A stretch of DNA of 64,000 nucleotides, from assembly GCA_963663165.1 (NCBI GenBank), contig OY760175.1, positions 2,592,001 to 2,656,000 of the forward strand, given 5' to 3'. The number at the start of each line of letters is the position of its first letter. Position 1 is the first letter of the stretch. Below are positions 18,425 through 28,594 of the stretch, piece after piece. Under the pieces are notes generated by a model. The model was not told the DNA's origin, searched no databases, and was given only the letters and a program-made list of their open reading frames with translations. This DNA is from an uncultured Desulfospira sp. Lineage in GTDB: Bacteria; Desulfobacterota; Desulfobacteria; Desulfobacterales; Desulfobacteraceae. Both the position numbers and the translations under genes were made by a program.

Positions 18425-20554
18425 ATGACCAAAAAATTTACATATCCCAAAGCCATTATCGCATTTATCACCACATTTGCGCTTTTTCTGGTTGCCATGG
18501 ACGTGCTGCTGGTTTTACAGGAAAAGAAAGAACTTTATATGGCATTTGACCATCAGGCACAAAATGAACTGGCCCTTATCGGCACCTTTGTCACAGAGCC
18601 TTTGTTGAAGCGTCAATATGCCGTTGTGGAACAGGTTCTCCTTCAATGGGGTGAAAAAAAGCCGGAAATTATATCCCTGGAAGCCTTTTCCCCTGAAAAA
18701 TATTCCCTTGCCAGGTTTGACCGCCCTGCCCTTCAAACCGCGGGCAGGTCTTATAAACAGGGGATCACCTTTATGGACCGCGACCTGCTTGAGCTGGTGC
18801 TTGAAAAAGATTCATCGGCCATTGAATTCCATCTAAAAGAATTCCAGCGCCATCTTATTTTCAGGTCTTTTTTTGCCCTGGGCGTTTTTGGAATTATTTT
18901 ATGGGTTATCCTCAGACAGTTTGCCTTAAAACCATTGGAAAAGGAAGTCAAACGGCGTCAACAGGTTGAAAGCGAGCTTAAAAAAAACCATGAGCATTTG
19001 GAATCAACAGTGAATCAAAGGACATTGGAGCTTTCAACCCAGAGAGAACGCCTTTCCGTTACCTTGCGAAGTATCGGCGACGGCGTCATCACCACCGATG
19101 TTAATGGCCGGATCGCCTTGATCAATAAAATGGCAGAGGACCTGACCGGCTGGCAGAATGAAGAGGCCGCAGGTCAGCCCTTAGGCAAGGTATTCAACAT
19201 AATCAATACAAAAACCGGGGAGCCCTGCGAAAGCCCTGTTCACGAAGTGACGGCCACCGGCCGGATTGCCGGACATGCCAACCACCGGGCACTTCTGGCC
19301 AAAGACGGTTCCAAACGAAGCATTGCGGACAGCGGGGCACCGATTAAGGACAAAGAAGGCCGGATCATCGGGATCGTAGTGGTTTTCAGGGATATAACAG
19401 ACCAGCTGCGCATGGAACAGGAGCTGGCCAAAGTTGAAAAGCTCAAATCCATTGGTGTTCTTGCCGGCGGCATTGCCCATGATTTTAATAATATCCTGGC
19501 TGCGGTCCTGGGAAACCTGGACCTGGCTGCCCTTGACGACAGCTTAAATGAAACCACCAAAGAACTGCTGATAAAGGCGGAAAAAGCGTCATTGCGGGCA
19601 AAGAACCTGACCCAGCAGCTGCTGACCTTTTCCAGGGGGGGGGAACCGGTAACGGAAGTATCGAGTCTGGAAAATATCATTAAGGATTCCGCCGGATTTG
19701 TCCTGCACGGCCATAAAGTCAATTGCCGGTTTGACATTCCTGAAGACCTGTGGCTGGTTGATGTTGACAAAGGACAAATCAGCCAGGTCATCCAGAATAT
19801 AGTTTTAAATGCCGGCCATGCCATGCCTGACGGCGGAACCATTGCGATCAGCTGCGCCAATACGGTGCTGGAAACAGGACTTGGGCTGCCGCTGCCCCAG
19901 GGCAAATATGTAACACTTTGTATTAAAGACACCGGGACCGGTATTCCGGGTGACGTGATAGGGAATATATTTGATCCATATTTTTCAACAAAAGCGGAGG
20001 GCAGCGGACTTGGGCTTGCCATCACCCATTCCATCATTGCAAAGCATGGCGGACATATTTTTGCAGACTCCGAACCGGGAGCAGGGACCACCTTTACCAT
20101 CTATCTTCCCAGGTCGGTACAGAAAAAAAAGCCTGACCCGGAACGGCCTGCCAAAAGGGCGGTACCGTCCAAGGCGACCATCCTGCTGATGGATGATGAA
20201 GAAATGGTTAGGTCAGCGGTCAAGGGAATGCTGACCCGGTTAGGCCATGACGTCGTGACTTGTAAAACCGGAGAAGAAGCCATAGCACTTTATTGCAAAG
20301 GCGTGGAGACCCACCATTATTTTGATCTGGTGATCATGGATCTCACCATTCCGGGCGGCATGGGAGGAGAGCAGGCCGCCCGGGAAATTCTTAAAATTGA
20401 CCCGGCCGCCCGGCTGATTGTGTCCAGCGGTTATTCCAACAATCCGGTGATGGCATCCCATCAGGCCTATGGATTTTCAGCGGCCATTGTCAAACCCTAC
20501 CTGCTCCGGGAATTATCCGACACCCTGGACCAGGTGCTGGGCCAAGACCCTTAA
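18425..20554 (+). CDS. Membrane hybrid sensor histidine kinase (2TM-PAS-HisKA-HATPase-REC)
   Basis: SIGDGVITTD PAS, GGIAHDFNN, DTGTGI, FDPYFSTK, GSGLGL, LLMDDE..MDLTIP. Confidence 0.93.
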   Translation: MTKKFTYPKAIIAFITTFALFLVAMDVLLVLQEKKELYMAFDHQAQNELALIGTFVTEPLLKRQYAVVEQVLLQWGEKKPEIISLEAFSPEKYSLARFDRPALQTAGRSYKQGITFMDRDLLELVLEKDSSAIEFHLKEFQRHLIFRSFFALGVFGIILWVILRQFALKPLEKEVKRRQQVESELKKNHEHLESTVNQRTLELSTQRERLSVTLRSIGDGVITTDVNGRIALINKMAEDLTGWQNEEAAGQPLGKVFNIINTKTGEPCESPVHEVTATGRIAGHANHRALLAKDGSKRSIADSGAPIKDKEGRIIGIVVVFRDITDQLRMEQELAKVEKLKSIGVLAGGIAHDFNNILAAVLGNLDLAALDDSLNETTKELLIKAEKASLRAKNLTQQLLTFSRGGEPVTEVSSLENIIKDSAGFVLHGHKVNCRFDIPEDLWLVDVDKGQISQVIQNIVLNAGHAMPDGGTIAISCANTVLETGLGLPLPQGKYVTLCIKDTGTGIPGDVIGNIFDPYFSTKAEGSGLGLAITHSIIAKHGGHIFADSEPGAGTTFTIYLPRSVQKKKPDPERPAKRAVPSKATILLMDDEEMVRSAVKGMLTRLGHDVVTCKTGEEAIALYCKGVETHHYFDLVIMDLTIPGGMGGEQAAREILKIDPAARLIVSSGYSNNPVMASHQAYGFSAAIVKPYLLRELSDTLDQVLGQDP

Positions 20555-20565
20555 CCCGTTAACAG

Positions 20566-21360
20566 TCACCGGTTCTTAAGAATATGTTCGGCGATCTGGG
20601 CAAATCCGATCCCCCCCTCCCCTTTTGTGACAAACCCGGGTTTCACCCTGAGCCGATCTTCAAAATTCAAAATATTGCTCACACCAATGGAAATTGGGAA
20701 ATACCCAAACATGGGTTCGTCATTGGGAGAATCGCCACAGAAAACACATCTGTTTTTTTCTTTGTCCAGGTCCATGCCCCAAAGCCGGGCGGCCATTTTC
20801 CGGGTCATGTCCAGTTTATTGTATCTTCCGAACCAGCCGTTCACATGAATGGAAGAGACCTTGTATGTGGCCCCGTGATTTTCAAAAATCCGGCATATCC
20901 TGTCAATCTGTTCTTTTCCAAGGGGTGGGACATCTTCACAAAAATCAATGGCCAGGTCAGACTCCCTGTAGTGCTGATCCGATGCAATACCAGACCCGGG
21001 GATTGAGGCCAGGATTTCTGTTTTGATGCGGTCCAGACGCTGACGTTTTTCCATGCGGACTGCGGGTTCATCATGAAAACTGGTTTTAAAAACGCCTGTT
21101 TCGGGATCACACCAAAAGAAAAAGGCCCCGTTTTCCCCGACCACCGCATCAACCGGCCACATCCGGGCAATATGATCGCACCACCCGGCAGGCCTGCCGG
21201 TGATGGGCACCAGAAGAATGCCGGCATCTTTTAAATGCCAGAGTGCGGTATAGGCCTCGGGCAGAATTTTGCTGTGAAATGAAAAGGTGTCGTCTATGTC
21301 AAAAAACAGGGCATTGACCTGTTTAATCTGATCTGGCCCAAGTTGCTGGAGGGGTTTCAT
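20566..21360 (-). CDS. HAD-IIB family hydrolase
   Basis: FFDIDDT (DxD), ITGR, GENG, K, CGDSPNDEPMF. Confidence 0.9.
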   Translation of the reverse strand: MKPLQQLGPDQIKQVNALFFDIDDTFSFHSKILPEAYTALWHLKDAGILLVPITGRPAGWCDHIARMWPVDAVVGENGAFFFWCDPETGVFKTSFHDEPAVRMEKRQRLDRIKTEILASIPGSGIASDQHYRESDLAIDFCEDVPPLGKEQIDRICRIFENHGATYKVSSIHVNGWFGRYNKLDMTRKMAARLWGMDLDKEKNRCVFCGDSPNDEPMFGYFPISIGVSNILNFEDRLRVKPGFVTKGEGGIGFAQIAEHILKNR

Positions 21361-21478
21361 GGTTTAATTTCTCTTTTTTTGGATGTTTGTTTATGAACTA
21401 TTTTATTAATTTTTTATTGCATTTATATCTTTATCTTCGATTTTATTCAATTTCTTTTTTAATTTTTCATTATTCACC

Positions 21479-21502
21479 ATACAACTTAATATACAACTTA
21501 AT
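21479..21502. repeat. Perfect 12-bp tandem repeat in a divergent promoter region (possible regulator site)
   Basis: atacaacttaat atacaacttaat. Confidence 0.6.
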
Positions 21503-21764
21503 TTAAAAGCGAAAATTTAAATATGAAGTAACAAAACCATTCGTTCTTCCAATTTTTCCGAAAAAATTATTTTTTACGTTAGCACAGCAATTTACCATTG
21601 ACTTATTAAGTATTTATATAAATAATCGAAAGCGTTGGCGGTGAGTCAATTTGACAAATCAGTTTTTGGGGGATGAATGCCAAACCATAAACCATATTTT
21701 CGAAATTGTTCGTTTTGGCGCCATGGCCACACCATGGCGGCCCAATAGATTAAGGTCAATTTAC

Positions 21765-22418
21765 ATGTTTAAATTTTTATTTAGAAAAGAGCACCGGGTT
21801 GAGAAACTGATATTCAACTATCTTGATGCGTATCGCCTTGTTTTGGAAAGTTTCAGTAAAGCCCTGGTGTCATGCATTACCAGCAGCCAGTGCGAAGAAG
21901 AGTTTGATTTTCTCATGGAACAGACCCATAAATACGAGTCCAGGGCGGATGATATCAAGGACAAAATCAACAACCTCATGTTCAGTAAAGCCTTAATCCC
22001 GGATTCCAGAGGGGATATCATGACCCTGCTCATCGCTTTGGACAAAATCCCCCATATCGTGGAGCGAACCCTTTTTATCATCCGGTACCAGGGGATAGTT
22101 ATTCCCCCCATATTTTTTGAAGACCTGGAGACCATGATCCAGATCAGTGTTGAATCATGCCATCTGCTTTCCAGGCAGGTTGAGCTGTTTATCAAAAATG
22201 AGGAGGGCACCCGGTCCATTTTGGGGACCATTGACACCAATGAAAGCCGGTGCGACCATATTGAGCGCAGAATGATATCCCAGCTGTTCAGCTCAGACAT
22301 CGATCCGTTTTGCAAGCTTCAGTTAAAAGAACTGATACTGATTGTCGGAGATCTGTCGGATCAGGCCGATAAGGTTTCCAAACTGGTGAACATTCTGACC
22401 CTGAAAAGGAGGGTTTGA
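21765..22418 (+). CDS. DUF47/PhoU-like phosphate transport regulator
   Basis: ESRADDIK..LIPDSRGDI..LDKI, ESRCDHIER..GDLSDQADK; coupled to PiT via TGATG. Confidence 0.85.
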   Translation: MFKFLFRKEHRVEKLIFNYLDAYRLVLESFSKALVSCITSSQCEEEFDFLMEQTHKYESRADDIKDKINNLMFSKALIPDSRGDIMTLLIALDKIPHIVERTLFIIRYQGIVIPPIFFEDLETMIQISVESCHLLSRQVELFIKNEEGTRSILGTIDTNESRCDHIERRMISQLFSSDIDPFCKLQLKELILIVGDLSDQADKVSKLVNILTLKRRV

Positions 22419-23356
22419 TGGTTTCGCTCCTGGGCGGCATATTCTTAGGCTGGTCCCTGGGAGCCAATGATGCCTCCAACATCATCGGCACTGCCGTATC
22501 CTCAAAGATGCTGCGCTTCTGGTATGCCGCCGGCCTGGCCGCCCTGTTCTGCATTCTGGGGGCACTGATTTCCGGGAAAGCCGGCATTGAGACTTTAAAA
22601 GGCCTGACATCCCTTAATATGCACCAGGCCGTCATCTCATCGGTTTCTGCGGCCATAACCGTTACGGCCATGACCATTTTCGGACTGCCCGTGTCCACGT
22701 CCCAATCCGTGGTGGGCGCCATCATCGGCATGGGCATTCTGAACCACGAGCTGAACGGGGCGGGCCTTGGAAAGGTCGTCATCTGCTGGTTTGGAACACC
22801 CGTGGGCGGACTTCTGATCACCCTGATGCTGTATAAATGCCTGGCCTTTTTTTACAACCAGCTTCCCATATCCCTGTTTAATTCAGACCGTCTGCTCAGG
22901 GGAGGGTTGGTTTTGTCGGCGGCCTACGGGGCATATGTCCTCGGGGCCAACAATGTCGCCAATGTAACCGCTGTTTTTGTCAGTGCCGGAATGTTGTCGG
23001 TATCCATGGCCGCGCTCATCGGGGGCACCAGCATTGCCCTGGGAATTCTGACCTACAGCAAGCCGGTGGTGGCGACCGTGGGAAGCAAACTGGTCAACCT
23101 GGATCCTTTTTCAGCCCTGGTCGTGTCCCTTTCCCTTGCCATCACCATCCACATATACACCGTGGTGGGGGTACCGGTATCCAGTTCACAGGCCGTCATC
23201 GGCAGCGTCCTTGGCATCGGGGTGGTCAAAGGGGCCCGGACCGTCCGCCTCAAGACATTGAGCCGGATCGTCGTGGCCTGGTTTTTCACCCCCATGGTGG
23301 CCTGTTTGATTGCCTTGTTCATTACATTTGTTTCAAGACTTCGCTACATAGGGTAA
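22418..23356 (+). CDS. Inorganic phosphate transporter (PiT family)
   Basis: GANDASN and GANNVAN signatures, GLPVSTSQ, GVPVSSSQ. Confidence 0.92.
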   Translation: MVSLLGGIFLGWSLGANDASNIIGTAVSSKMLRFWYAAGLAALFCILGALISGKAGIETLKGLTSLNMHQAVISSVSAAITVTAMTIFGLPVSTSQSVVGAIIGMGILNHELNGAGLGKVVICWFGTPVGGLLITLMLYKCLAFFYNQLPISLFNSDRLLRGGLVLSAAYGAYVLGANNVANVTAVFVSAGMLSVSMAALIGGTSIALGILTYSKPVVATVGSKLVNLDPFSALVVSLSLAITIHIYTVVGVPVSSSQAVIGSVLGIGVVKGARTVRLKTLSRIVVAWFFTPMVACLIALFITFVSRLRYIG

Positions 23357-23390
23357 CATATATGAAACCAAAAACTTTGGGAAAGCCGCA

Positions 23391-24935
23391 GTGGAAACTC
23401 AGGTTTTAATCATAGGCGCCGGCTGTACCGGCACCGGCATTGCCAGGGACCTGGCCTTACGGGGAATCAACTGTATTCTCATTGACCAAAAAGATATCAA
23501 TGCCGGGGCGTCCGGGGCCAACCACGGCCTGCTCCATTCCGGGGCCAGATACCTGTCCAAGGACGGGGAGACCGCGGCAGAGTGCCGGGACGAAAACCGG
23601 CTGTTAAAGCGCCTGGCCCCCCAGTGCATTGAAGACACCGGCGGCCTGTTTGTGGCCACGGCCCAGGATGATGATCAGTATATTGCCGATTTTGAGCAGC
23701 TGGCCGGACAATACCATCTGCCCTGCACCCGTGTCAGCCCTGAGGAGGCCCTGGAAAAAGAACCCTGTCTTGCACCGGACATCAAGGCCGCCTTTGAAGT
23801 CGAAGATGCGGTGGTGGATCCTTTTAAACTCAGCCTGGACAATGCCGCCCATGCCCAGTCCCTGGGTACCCGGATACTGACAAACACCCAAATTGAGGGG
23901 TTTGACCTTCACAAGGGCCGGATCCAGGCGGCCCGGGTGGTCAATACCCGGACCGGGGAACCCCTTGCCATTCAGGCCCTGGAATTTGTCAATGCCGCCG
24001 GCGCCTGGGCCGACTGCGTTTCTGCCATGGCCGGTGCCCACATTCCCATGAGCTATTCAAAAGGCGCTTTGCTCATTACCCAGAGCCGCATCAGCCAGCG
24101 GGTGATCAACCGGCTGCGCCCCCCGTCAGACGGCGATATCCTGGTGCCCGGCGGCACCGTCTCCATTATCGGCACCACCTCAGTCACCATCCCATCATTA
24201 GACGACATCCGGCCCACCCGAGAGGAGGTGGACACCATTATCAGGGAAGGTTCCATCATGGTGCCCAAACTTGCCACCACCGGCTACATCCGGGCTTATG
24301 CCGGGGTACGTCCCCTGGTGGGCGCATCCGGGAAAGGCCTTGGCCGGAACATTTCCAGAAATTACACTTTAAAAACCCATGAAGCTGACGGGCTTGAGAA
24401 CCTGACCACCATCACCGGCGGCAAACTGACCACCTTTCGGCTGATGGCGGAAAAAGCCTCGGACATTGTGGCCCGCCGCCTGAAAAACCCCAATCCATGC
24501 CTGACCGCCATACAGCCCCTGCCCTGCAGCGCCAAGGGGGAGTGGACCGAACCCGGGTATTCCGGCCGGGTCTGGATGAAAAAGCCGGAACCCCGGGACA
24601 CGCTGATCTGCGAATGCGAGATGGTGTCTGAAGAAGCCGTGGACCAGATGGTGGAAAACCTAAAAAATGAAGGGACCGAGCCCACCTTAGAGGAAATCGG
24701 ACGGCGCAGCCGGATCGGCAAAGGCCCCTGCCAGGGCAGTTTCTGCTCCTTTCGACTGGCCGCCTACCTTTACCGGAAAGGGCATTTGTCCGGAACCCAG
24801 GGAATCGGCCAGGTCAGGGCCTTTGTAAACGAACGCTGGAAAGGCGTCATGCCCCTGGTCAGGGACAAGGAGCTTGCAAGAATCGAACTTCAGGAAGCCT
24901 TTTTATGCGGCCTGTTCGGAATGGAGGAACCATGA
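23391..24935 (+). CDS. glpA: Anaerobic glycerol-3-phosphate dehydrogenase subunit A
   Basis: IIGAGCTG, NHGLLHSGARY, AYAGVRPL, GGKLTTFRLMAE, C-terminal ICECE..GKGPCQGSFC. Confidence 0.92.
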   Translation: METQVLIIGAGCTGTGIARDLALRGINCILIDQKDINAGASGANHGLLHSGARYLSKDGETAAECRDENRLLKRLAPQCIEDTGGLFVATAQDDDQYIADFEQLAGQYHLPCTRVSPEEALEKEPCLAPDIKAAFEVEDAVVDPFKLSLDNAAHAQSLGTRILTNTQIEGFDLHKGRIQAARVVNTRTGEPLAIQALEFVNAAGAWADCVSAMAGAHIPMSYSKGALLITQSRISQRVINRLRPPSDGDILVPGGTVSIIGTTSVTIPSLDDIRPTREEVDTIIREGSIMVPKLATTGYIRAYAGVRPLVGASGKGLGRNISRNYTLKTHEADGLENLTTITGGKLTTFRLMAEKASDIVARRLKNPNPCLTAIQPLPCSAKGEWTEPGYSGRVWMKKPEPRDTLICECEMVSEEAVDQMVENLKNEGTEPTLEEIGRRSRIGKGPCQGSFCSFRLAAYLYRKGHLSGTQGIGQVRAFVNERWKGVMPLVRDKELARIELQEAFLCGLFGMEEP

Positions 24936-26218
24936 CATCCCCGACACCGGAACCAGACCTTACCCACTGCACCCTGGCCGTCATCGGATCGGGAACCGCC
25001 GGTATGGCCGCCGCCATCTTTGCCGCCCAAAAAGGCCTTTCAACGGTCCTGGTGGGGCAACCGGCACAACTTTCTTTCTCCTCGGGCTGCCTGGATCTGT
25101 TTGCCTGCATCCCGGGAAAGCCCGCCCAGTGGTTTGACGATCCTTTTAAAGGGATTGCCGCGCTGATTAAACAGAACCCGGGCCATCCCTATGCCAAAGT
25201 TTCCAGAAAAGAGATTGAAACCGGTTTTAAACAATTTATCCAATTTATGGAAATGGCCGGGATCAGCTTTTCATGCACCCCGGATCAAAATCAGAAGATT
25301 ATTACCCCGGCCGGAACCTTAAAATCCACCCTTTGCGTCCCTGCATCCATGGCCGCCGGAGCCCGGGCACTGGCCCAAAAAGAGCGGATACTCATCGCTG
25401 ATATTCCAGGGCTTAAAGGATTTGGCGCCCTGCAGATGGCCGATACTTTAAAACTGACTCATCCGGCGGTCACCAGTGTTTCCATTGAATTTCCAGGCAG
25501 ACAGAACCAGGGCGACCTCATGTGCGAACGTTTAGGGTGGGACCTGGACACCCCGCAGGTGGTGGACCAGTTTATCGAAAGCCTTGTCCCCCATGTCTCA
25601 TCCTGCGACACTGTGGGCCTGCCCGCTATCCTGGGGGTTCACCGGTTTGAGGCGTTAAGGGAAAAAATTGAACAGGGTCTTGGCCGGGCCGTATTTGAAA
25701 TCCCCACCCTGTCCCCTTCCGTTACCGGAATGCGCACCTGGGCCGCCTTTCAGGATCAAATACGCAACACCCAATTCCGCCAATTCCAGGACCTGGTGAA
25801 AACCGTCACCATAGACAACAGCCAAGGATTTTCCTTTAAGGTTAAAAACGGGGACAAACTGACGGTCATCCGTTCCAAATACCTGATTCTGGCCACAGGC
25901 CGGTTTTTAGGCCGGGGGCTGACAGCGGACGCCTCAGGCCGGATCAAAGAGAGCCTTTTCAACCTGCCGGTATCACAGCCCCGGGACCGCTCCGGCTGGT
26001 TTGAAGCTGATTTTTTCAACCCGGGCGGTCATCCGGTAAACCGGGCCGGCATTGAAACCGACGAAAACTTCAGGCCCCTGGATCAGGACGGAAACTGTTT
26101 CCACCCCAACCTTTATGCTGCAGGTGCCATCCTGGCCCACCAGGACTGGAAACGGGAAAAATCCGGCTCCGGCATCTCCATTGCTTCAGCCTTTAAGGCG
26201 GTCTCCCGGATGGATTGA
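24932..26218 (+). CDS. glpB: Anaerobic glycerol-3-phosphate dehydrogenase subunit B
   Basis: VIGSGTAG, FSSGCLD, HPY, LPAILG, EIPTLSPSVTG, LATGRFLGRGL, SGSGISI; ATGA overlap with glpA. Confidence 0.9.
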   Translation: MTSPTPEPDLTHCTLAVIGSGTAGMAAAIFAAQKGLSTVLVGQPAQLSFSSGCLDLFACIPGKPAQWFDDPFKGIAALIKQNPGHPYAKVSRKEIETGFKQFIQFMEMAGISFSCTPDQNQKIITPAGTLKSTLCVPASMAAGARALAQKERILIADIPGLKGFGALQMADTLKLTHPAVTSVSIEFPGRQNQGDLMCERLGWDLDTPQVVDQFIESLVPHVSSCDTVGLPAILGVHRFEALREKIEQGLGRAVFEIPTLSPSVTGMRTWAAFQDQIRNTQFRQFQDLVKTVTIDNSQGFSFKVKNGDKLTVIRSKYLILATGRFLGRGLTADASGRIKESLFNLPVSQPRDRSGWFEADFFNPGGHPVNRAGIETDENFRPLDQDGNCFHPNLYAAGAILAHQDWKREKSGSGISIASAFKAVSRMD

Positions 26219-26603
26219 TTTTTAGATCTGCCTTCCCGGCGCATCCGGCCGCAATACACCTGCTATTGAATGCTGATTTGAAATTGACCTGAGCGAAAAA
26301 TGATCCCATGAGGCCCCAGTCAATTTTATTGGTCTATAAAATTGATTTTGGTTTTTTCGGGTCAGGCACAACATATTGGGGTTGAATGGTTTTCGAAAAA
26401 CCCCGGACTTATAGACTTATGTTGCGAGTGGTCATAACTCATTGATTTTTATGATAAATTCAAACACCCGCTGTGCAAATCAATATCGACTTTTAAATTC
26501 AATGAGTTACAGTGGATTATAAAATTTTTCATAATCACTGGCAACATAATTTTTTGTTTTACTACATACCGCTTTAAAGATAGCAAAAGGCTACCTCAAT
26601 GGA

Positions 26604-27623
26604 TCATAAACTGTCAAGCCAGGCAAGGATTTCAGCATTATTTTTCCAGTCGATCAGCTCATCAATCTTCTTGTCTTGATTCATTTTCGATTGCATATAT
26701 TCAATGAGCTTATCCTGGATTTCCCGTTTTTTTGACAAGTCCAGCTGCAAATAAGCCATTGTTGATTCAACGCTTTGATGGCCCAGGCGATTTTTGATAT
26801 CCGATACGGGGGCCCCTGAAGTCACCATATTAACCGCACAAGAATGTCTGAAGCAATGGGCCGGACTCAGACCTTTCAACCGTTTTTCCGGCAATGCTTT
26901 TGTCAGATATCTTCGGCAAATTTTGTTGATACCATGCCGGGTCATTCCCCGCCTCCGCTGATTAATGAACAGCCGGTGTGCAAATAATGGGATGGGGGCT
27001 ACTCTATGATTGGTGATATAGTCTGAGATCAGTGATGCGGTTTTGGACCACAGGTTGATCAACCTGTATCGGTTCCCCTTGCCCAGGACCGCAATGGTTT
27101 CGTTTTCAGGATCAAAATAATCAAATTCCAGTGTGGCAATCTCGCTGGCTCTGGCACCGGAGTCGTAAAGCAGATGGAGAATGGTAAAATCTCTCATCCC
27201 TTCCTTCTTTTTTAAATCGACGACACTGAAAATTTTCATTATTTCTTCTGGGTGTAAAAATCCCATCACCTTCTTTTGAGCCCTTTTCTGAGGGATGGTC
27301 AAAAGAGCTTCTGCGACTCGTTTTTTGTCCGGATGCATGAATCGGATCATCTTGGCCAGCGACTTGATCACGGCCAAGCGGTTGTTCCGGGTCTGGACGG
27401 TATTTTTTCGGTCTGTTTCCAAATGATTCAGGAAGCCCAGAACAGCGTCAGGTGTTAAATGGTCAATTTTCAAGGATTTGATTTTGATCGAATGATAATC
27501 CGCCAAAAAATGCAGAAACAAAGAAAAAGCCTGCTGGTAAGTTTTAATGCTTTGTTCGCTGGTCCCTTTTATATGGGGCAGGTATTCATAAAAATACTGA
27601 TGCAGGCAGGTGGATAATCTCAT
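26604..27623 (-). CDS. ritC: Tyrosine recombinase, RitC type
   Basis: GARASEI, GKGNRYR, HCFRHSCA, LGHQSVESTMAYL; 4-bp overlap with the upstream recombinase. Confidence 0.88.
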   Translation of the reverse strand: MRLSTCLHQYFYEYLPHIKGTSEQSIKTYQQAFSLFLHFLADYHSIKIKSLKIDHLTPDAVLGFLNHLETDRKNTVQTRNNRLAVIKSLAKMIRFMHPDKKRVAEALLTIPQKRAQKKVMGFLHPEEIMKIFSVVDLKKKEGMRDFTILHLLYDSGARASEIATLEFDYFDPENETIAVLGKGNRYRLINLWSKTASLISDYITNHRVAPIPLFAHRLFINQRRRGMTRHGINKICRRYLTKALPEKRLKGLSPAHCFRHSCAVNMVTSGAPVSDIKNRLGHQSVESTMAYLQLDLSKKREIQDKLIEYMQSKMNQDKKIDELIDWKNNAEILAWLDSL

Positions 27624-28594
27624 ACATCCTCACTTCTCAACATCGAAAAATCAAGCATTTGGCGGCGATGCTCTGCATCCAGAACTCTCAGATATTTGGT
27701 CGTATACTTGTATTCGCTGTGTCCCATGTAAGCGGCCAGCACCGGCAACGCATTTTGGGCAGACTTGCCCTGTTGTTTAATTCGTTTCAGTGTATTTACA
27801 GCAAAGGAATGACGAAGTGAGTGCCGTGTCGGGTTGCTGAAATTTGTAGCACCAATAATTTTTTTGTGCTGATCAAGGTTAATGGCCGAAATCGCTTTTT
27901 TAAATTTTCGATCCATGAAATGGCGGGGTAACTTTCCGCCATCTCCTTTGATCAATAATAAAGGATGCACATCGGCAATAAGTAAAAGCCGTCGCACGTT
28001 CAAAAAATTGTCGATTTCACAAGAAACGGCCTTGGGTATTGGGATCAGTCGGTCTTTTTTAAATTTTGTTTTCTCAATATAGATTGTCCTTTCTTCAGAC
28101 CTGTAGTTCTTTTGCAGCAAATTGAACGTCTCCGATATTCTCAAGCCGCACCGGGCCATCAGCAGAAAAGAGATATAACCGCTAAAATCGGTGAGGTAAT
28201 ATTTTTTTGTTTTTCGCATCTGTTTTATGACAGTTTTCAATAAAAGATCCGTTTCTTTCGGAGAAAAAATAAAAGGGATAATCTGATTTTCCGGCAGCTC
28301 AGCAATCTCCTGTATGGGATTTGTCAAAATCAGGTCTCTGCGGATCAGATATTTGAAAAACATTTGAAACGTTCGAAAAAATGTATTGATGGAACGGTTT
28401 TCACAATTGAGGTCTGAACGGAGTCGGATGAAAAACAACGGATCAAATGATGTCCAGGTCACATCCCTTTGGGCAACATACCGATCCAGCAACCGAAGGC
28501 TGCACAGCAGCATTTTATCTGAATATCCCAATTGAAGACGGTATTCGATAAAATCCTCTATATATTCGCTAAGAAAGCTTTTAAAGCGTTTCAC
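27620..28594 (-). CDS. ritB: Tyrosine recombinase, RitB type
   Basis: CGLRISE, KTKFKKDRLIP, HSLRHSFAV, LPVLAAYMGH..TTKYL. Confidence 0.88.
   Translation of the reverse strand: MKRFKSFLSEYIEDFIEYRLQLGYSDKMLLCSLRLLDRYVAQRDVTWTSFDPLFFIRLRSDLNCENRSINTFFRTFQMFFKYLIRRDLILTNPIQEIAELPENQIIPFIFSPKETDLLLKTVIKQMRKTKKYYLTDFSGYISFLLMARCGLRISETFNLLQKNYRSEERTIYIEKTKFKKDRLIPIPKAVSCEIDNFLNVRRLLLIADVHPLLLIKGDGGKLPRHFMDRKFKKAISAINLDQHKKIIGATNFSNPTRHSLRHSFAVNTLKRIKQQGKSAQNALPVLAAYMGHSEYKYTTKYLRVLDAEHRRQMLDFSMLRSEDV

Noticed and set aside
19240..20100. 286-aa minus-strand ORF
   Set aside because: Antisense shadow of the histidine kinase; no motifs
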